A DNA stretch of 2,393 bases from NCBI GenBank assembly GCA_000004985.1, contig GG739265.1, one strand, 5' to 3'. The first letter of the stretch is position 1, and each line of letters starts with the position of its first letter. Below are positions 1-2,393 of this stretch, one piece after another. The notes under the pieces were generated by a model, which saw only the letters and a program-made list of their open reading frames with translations, did no database searches and was not told the DNA's origin. The position numbers were made by a program, and so were the translations under genes. This DNA comes from Naegleria gruberi. Its lineage: Eukaryota.

Positions 1-565
1 ATCTACATTATTGTTAATAATTAAATTGTTATAAGGTGCAAAAAACTGTAGATCAGTTCAAACTCAAAAGGTTCTCTCCTATATCTAAATCAACCTTTCC
101 CAATTATAGTCAATTCAGATGCTTCTCCTCAAGGATATGGCGTCCACTCCTCAAACACTGTTGTTATAGGAAGATCTCACACCAACGATCATATCGATTC
201 GAAAGAAATGATGGCAATTCTTCAATTCTTCAGAAGCAAGATCACAAAAGCTCTATCTTGAAATAGGAAGGGCCAATTCAACTGCCCTCTCATACATAAG
301 AAAAAGATATGGAACTTTCGAACCTCGCTCAAATAGCAAGGAAAATTTGGAAATAGAATGTGGCTTGAGAATTGCAAAAGTAATCTACATTCCCTCAGAG
401 AAAAATTACAGACAAACTGAGCGGTTTAAGTGATTAGAAATCATCACCAGAATTGATAAGTATGGTAGAAAAAGAATTCAGAACCACATCATCGACAGAT
501 TTGCAATATCAGAGTCAGCAATAAATAAACCAATGTTAGATATTAGTTGTTCCATTTATTTTTAA
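1..565 (+). mobile_element. Older, decayed DIRS-like retrotransposon fragment: RNase H remnant plus a possible trace of the start of the recombinase region. Oriented convergently to the minus-strand copy.
   Basis: RNase H homology 85..433 as above. After the TGA at 431 the same frame continues as 'LEIITRIDKYGRKRIQNHIIDRFAISESAINKPMLDISCSIYF*'. This weakly resembles 'ELINLVEDR' at the minus copy's RH end and 'AYRRTIHGIIQQIRES' at its YR-frame start. Upstream 1..84 has stops in all frames. Base composition changes abruptly to about 80% A+T after about 565. Confidence 0.45.
85..433 (+). pseudogene. Degenerate second copy of the retrotransposon RNase H domain. It carries a frameshift, a nonsense codon and substitutions at catalytic residues.
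   Basis: Hand translation of the plus-strand frame with codons at 100,103,... gives 'LNQPFPIIVNSDASPQGYGVHSSNTVVIGRSHTNDHIDSKEMMAILQFFRSKITKALS*' (stop 259..261). This aligns with the minus copy 'AVIINSDTTLSGFAIHSSNLVIVGQF...SSINVKELKAIYQFFKKASQQKL'. After a +1 shift near 232-236 the next frame gives 'ARSQKLYLEIGRANSTALSYIRKRYGTFEPRSNSKENLEIECGLRIAKVIYIPSEKNYRQTERFK*' (TGA 431..433). This aligns with 'ASQQKLFPPGTHFEIRGDNQPSLVYVRKGYGSIEHLSSIARDLWTILKLKDWHISKTVYIPSEVNNIADRLSRL'. By eye, identity is about 45-55% over about 110 aa. The catalytic D of 'IRGDNQ' is A ('IGRANS') and the D of 'ADRLSR' is E ('QTERFK'). Confidence 0.7.
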
Positions 566-984
566 ACTTATCACTACATCAACCTCCATGAATCTAGTTG
601 TCTATTTCTTGTTGTAAGAGTTTTTCTTTGTTTTAATAAACAACTATCAAACTCTACTTTTACTACTTCTAATAACAGTGTTTTTGTAATATTTTTACAA
701 AGTTTGTTCTTTCTTTGAATTCATTTTCTTTGGATTTACCATAAAGATTATTACTTCCAATCAATAATCTTCATAATGATAACACCAACTTTAGCAGATT
801 TTTAAAAATTAATCGTTTTTTATATTTTATATTACTTTGTTAAGCTTTTCTAAATTTCAAATCGATAAAATTTTTGAAAATTTATTTGTTACATTGCAAA
901 TTAATAAAAACAAGATTGAGAACAAGTAATTATACTAATGGGTATTAAAGCTCAGAGACTGTTTCACCTTTAAGGTGATTCAGC

Positions 985-1032
985 CTTGAGACCTGCTTTA
1001 ATGGATATAAATCTTTATTAGCAGGTCCCGAG
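985..1032. repeat. Imperfect inverted repeat (stem-loop): 13-nt arms 985..997 and 1020..1032 with a perfect 8-bp core gacctgct/agcaggtc (990..997 / 1020..1027) and a 22-nt AT-rich loop.
   Basis: Read directly. The reverse complement of 990..997 'gacctgct' is 'agcaggtc', found at 1020..1027. The outer extension ccttga/ctcggg pairs with one mismatch and one T:G. It lies in a locally GC-richer island (940..1035) inside the AT-rich spacer. A second small palindrome 'tcacctt-t-aaggtga' lies at 964..978. Confidence 0.6.
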
Positions 1033-1144
1033 ATTAATAAATATGGCTCTTATAAAAAAACTTATCAATAGTATTAGTAAAGATAAGAAAAAAATTAGGA
1101 GATGCGAGTAGGAGGCATAAACTAAAATGAAATTAAAATAAAAA

Positions 1145-1165
1145 AGATATCATTTGATGATATCT
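1145..1165. repeat. Perfect palindrome agatatcat-ttg-atgatatct (9-bp arms, 3-nt spacer, contains two GATATC sites). It sits 23 nt past the stop of the truncated recombinase ORF. On the minus strand it is followed by the T-rich run ttttttattttaatttcatttt.
   Basis: Read directly. The reverse complement of 1145..1153 equals 1157..1165. Low GC content (2 of 9 pairs). Confidence 0.6.
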
Positions 1166-1187
1166 GAAACCTCACTTCAACGAACAC

Positions 1188-1817
1188 TTACCAAGAATCA
1201 TTGAGAGCGTAAAAAAGGTTGAATAAGGTCATAGGACAGTATTTCTTTTCACCACAGTAAGGTTCGATTGGGGTTGGATTGTCAATCATGAAAAAATCAG
1301 TTTTGTGGTCTGATAGATCAAATGTAAACCAATTTTTCTTTGGATCATTTGGTTTCACAGAAGACCAAGAGAGATCGCAAAGATCACCAGGTCTTACTAG
1401 AAGTCTGAAACCAATAACCAGTACAGCAGTGGTTAAATTATAGGTATATTCATCATGTGATGAAATCGAATCAATATATGATTTAATATCATAAGAGGAG
1501 AAACCATTACGTTTGAGTTTAGAACGATCCACAATATAGTAGGCTTTAGTAAGACCTTTCTTAACTCTTGAAAAACTACTATCTACATTGAGTTGCCAAC
1601 CTTCCACGTCTGCAAAGAATTGAATGGCTGGTTTCAATGTATTAATATCATAACTTTTCTTATTAATAGAAAGGTATGCAGCAAAACATTCGAGTGCATA
1701 TGGGTTTGTCTTTGGAATATTCTGAATTACCAGGAACCATTGAAAAGCACCATAAAGTTTAGAATATTTCTTAATTGTGGAATCAGTAAGGGAGATTGAC
1801 AGGCCAAAATTTCTCAT
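1188..1817 (-). CDS. DIRS/Ngaro-type tyrosine recombinase, C-terminally truncated. It has the N-terminal core-binding/SAM-like domain and the first part of the catalytic domain only. It lacks the HxxR box and the catalytic Tyr, so it is likely non-functional.
   Basis: ATG at 1817..1815 and stop at TAA 1190..1188. The frame is also open upstream to 1967 (stop TAG at 1968..1970 on the minus strand), giving a 20-nt overlap with the end of the RNase H ORF. N-terminal segment 'STIKKYSKLYGAFQWF...ALECFAAYLSINKKSYDINTLKPAIQFF' fits the YR core-binding domain pattern (ST...Y...W..F ... FL..L ... S.STI....A). 'VIGFRLLVRPGDLCDL' fits box I with the conserved Arg. 'FDLSDHKTDFF' fits the beta-hairpin Lys region. 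'KKYCPMTLFNLFYAL' fits the ..CPV..L..YL segment that normally precedes the HxxR box. No HxxR or Tyr follows. All three minus-strand frames below 1188 are stop-rich and AT-rich. Confidence 0.68.
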   Translation of the reverse strand: MRNFGLSISLTDSTIKKYSKLYGAFQWFLVIQNIPKTNPYALECFAAYLSINKKSYDINTLKPAIQFFADVEGWQLNVDSSFSRVKKGLTKAYYIVDRSKLKRNGFSSYDIKSYIDSISSHDEYTYNLTTAVLVIGFRLLVRPGDLCDLSWSSVKPNDPKKNWFTFDLSDHKTDFFMIDNPTPIEPYCGEKKYCPMTLFNLFYALNDSW

Positions 1818-1944
1818 TGATAATAAAGTTGACCGTTCACTTGAGCTACCAGAAAGGTGTGATTCTCGAATTTGTTGAATAATTCCGTGGATGGTTCTAC
1901 GATAAGCAGTTTTCTTGGAACACTTTGAATTTTTACGGATATCT

Positions 1945-2393
1945 TTAACAGAATTGGGTACGGTCTTCTACCAAATTTATCAATTCTTGAGAAGATTTCC
2001 TATCTCCCAGTCTGCTTAGTCTGTCGGCAATGTTGTTTACTTCTGATGGAATGTACACTGTTTTGGAAATGTGCCAATCTTTCAACTTGAGAATGGTCCA
2101 CAAGTCTCTTGCTATTGATGAGAGGTGTTCTATTGAACCATAGCCTTTTCTTACATAAACTAAGGATGGTTGATTGTCTCCTCGGATCTCAAAGTGAGTT
2201 CCTGGAGGAAACAACTTCTGTTGGCTTGCTTTTTTGAAGAATTGATAGATTGCTTTCAATTCTTTCACGTTTATAGAGGATTCTTCTTGGAATTGACCCA
2301 CAATGACAAGATTTGATGAATGGATGGCGAATCCTGAGAGAGTTGTGTCTGAATTGATTATTACTGCTTTGGGAGATTCCAGTTCTAACCACG
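1945..2393 (-). CDS. Retrotransposon Pol fragment: RNase H domain (partial CDS; the N-terminus with reverse transcriptase lies beyond the window edge). The 'M' at 2301 in the ORF track is a GTG inside an open frame, not a real start.
   Basis: Hand translation of the minus strand shows the ORF2 frame stays open from 2391 down to the TAA at 1945..1947. The translation begins ...WLELESPKAVIINSDTTLSGFAIHSSNLVIVGQFQEESSINVKELKAIYQFF... The track's ...IRGDNQPSLVYVRKGYGSIEHL...DWHISKTVYIPSEVNNIADRLSRLGDRK... supplies the canonical RNase H landmarks. These are D in 'SDTT..G.GA' (motif DAS..G.GA), E in 'VKELKAI', D in 'IRGDNQ', and D in the C-terminal 'N..ADRLSR'. That last motif is typical of DIRS, Ty3/gypsy and BEL RNase H. 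Codon 2299..2301 is cac on the plus strand, i.e. GTG, so it is an alternative-start artefact of the ORF caller. Confidence 0.8.
   Translation of the reverse strand, partial: WLELESPKAVIINSDTTLSGFAIHSSNLVIVGQFQEESSINVKELKAIYQFFKKASQQKLFPPGTHFEIRGDNQPSLVYVRKGYGSIEHLSSIARDLWTILKLKDWHISKTVYIPSEVNNIADRLSRLGDRKSSQELINLVEDRTQFC

Larger units (their letters stand above)
566..1187. other. AT-rich non-coding spacer (about 80% A+T) between the two truncated retroelement fragments. No ORF longer than a few dozen codons and no recognisable protein homology in any frame.
   Basis: Visible composition shift from roughly 60% A+T in the coding remnants to long A/T runs and simple low-complexity sequence (e.g. 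819..835 'ttttatattttatatt', 1051..1060 'tataaaaaaa'). Stop codons are dense in all six frames. Confidence 0.55.
1188..2393 (-). mobile_element. Fragment of a DIRS-like tyrosine-recombinase retrotransposon (Ngaro/PAT-like layout: RNase H followed directly by the recombinase, no methyltransferase domain). It is truncated at its 3' end inside the recombinase gene, and its 5' part (gag/RT) lies outside the window.
   Basis: Adjacent, same-strand RNase H domain with the ADRLSR motif and a tyrosine recombinase ORF overlapping by 20 nt in the +1 frame. RT-RH-YR is the defining gene order of DIRS-order elements. There is no room for a methyltransferase domain between the RH end (1948) and the YR frame start (1967). 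Confidence 0.65.

Noticed and set aside
36-266. 76-aa plus-strand ORF (MQKTVDQFKLKRF...)
   Set aside because: It lies in the frame that does not carry the RNase H homology. The homologous frames are those with codons at 100,103,... and then, after the +1 shift, at 236,239,... Its product has no recognisable motifs. It is an incidental open frame over a pseudogene.
1-392. 9-nt direct repeat 'atctacatt' at 1..9 and 384..392, and a 7-nt inverted match 1..7 / 47..53
   Set aside because: Matches of this length are expected several times by chance in 2.4 kb. There are no flanking target-site-duplication or TIR context.
1014-1041. AATAAA poly(A)-signal-like hexamers (minus strand at 1014..1019, plus strand at 1036..1041, also plus strand 520..529)
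   Set aside because: In DNA that is about 80% A+T such hexamers are expected by chance. The upstream genes are truncated, so a genuine 3'-end processing role is unsupported.
1145-1165. Rho-independent terminator for the minus-strand recombinase ORF
   Set aside because: Hairpin plus T-run geometry is present, but the stem is only 9 bp with 2 G:C pairs and the genes are eukaryotic retroelement genes. I kept it as a palindrome or possible breakpoint rather than a terminator.
566-1190. Possible terminal inverted or direct repeats bounding the AT-rich spacer (569..589 'cttatcactacatcaacctcc' against 1170..1190 'cctcacttcaacgaacactta')
   Set aside because: Only about 10 of 14 loosely matching positions, and in direct rather than inverted orientation. 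This is not enough to call a MITE or insertion boundary.
1261-1275. tRNA T-arm-like string 'ggttcgattggggttgg'
   Set aside because: It lies inside the recombinase coding frame (encodes ...PIEPY...). No acceptor, D or anticodon stems can be drawn around it.
1593-1799. 68-aa plus-strand ORF antisense to the recombinase ORF
   Set aside because: It is entirely embedded antisense within the well-supported minus-strand YR coding frame. It is low-complexity with no motifs, a typical shadow ORF.
2299-2301. Annotated start 'M' of the 118-aa ORF
   Set aside because: The codon is GTG (plus strand cac) inside a frame that remains open upstream to 2391 and encodes the N-terminal RNase H motif 'NSDTTLSGFAI'. 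It is not a real initiation site, and the ORF is an internal Pol fragment.
2189-2392. 67-aa minus-strand ORF (MVRTGISQSS...)
   Set aside because: It overlaps the RNase H reading frame in a different frame. The RNase H frame carries the DEDD and ADRLSR motifs and stays open to the window edge, so this one is spurious.

Overview
The window reads as eukaryotic-type retrotransposon debris, not a prokaryotic gene neighbourhood. Two diverged, convergently oriented fragments of a DIRS-like (tyrosine-recombinase) retrotransposon flank a ~620-bp AT-rich non-coding spacer (about 566..1187).

Minus strand, 2393 down to 1188: a Pol reading frame enters from beyond the right-hand window edge and contains a complete RNase H domain. 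All four DEDD catalytic residues are present and the C-terminus carries the retroelement-type motif YIPSEVNNIADRLSR. After a 20-nt overlap, a second ORF in the +1 frame encodes the N-terminal two thirds of a tyrosine recombinase. It has the SAM-like core-binding segment, the box-I Arg in 'LVRPGDL', a conserved-Lys region and a 'YCPMTLFNLFYAL' segment. It stops before any HxxR box or catalytic Tyr.

There is no methyltransferase domain between RNase H and the recombinase. The layout therefore resembles the Ngaro/PAT-like branch rather than DIRS1 proper.

Plus strand, about 85..433 (weaker traces to about 565): a second RNase H copy roughly 50% identical at protein level to the first. It is broken by a +1 frameshift near 232-236 and an in-frame TGA at 431-433, and two catalytic Asp are replaced (D->A, D->E). 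This is a pseudogenised older copy.

The spacer carries a short, relatively GC-rich island (940..1035) with two inverted repeats, and a perfect 9-bp palindrome (1145..1165) just 3' of the truncated recombinase ORF.

No rRNA, tRNA, CRISPR or convincing prokaryotic operon features are present. The three other listed ORFs (36..266 +, 1593..1799 +, 2189..2392 -) are wrong-frame or antisense overlaps of the homology-supported frames and are not called.
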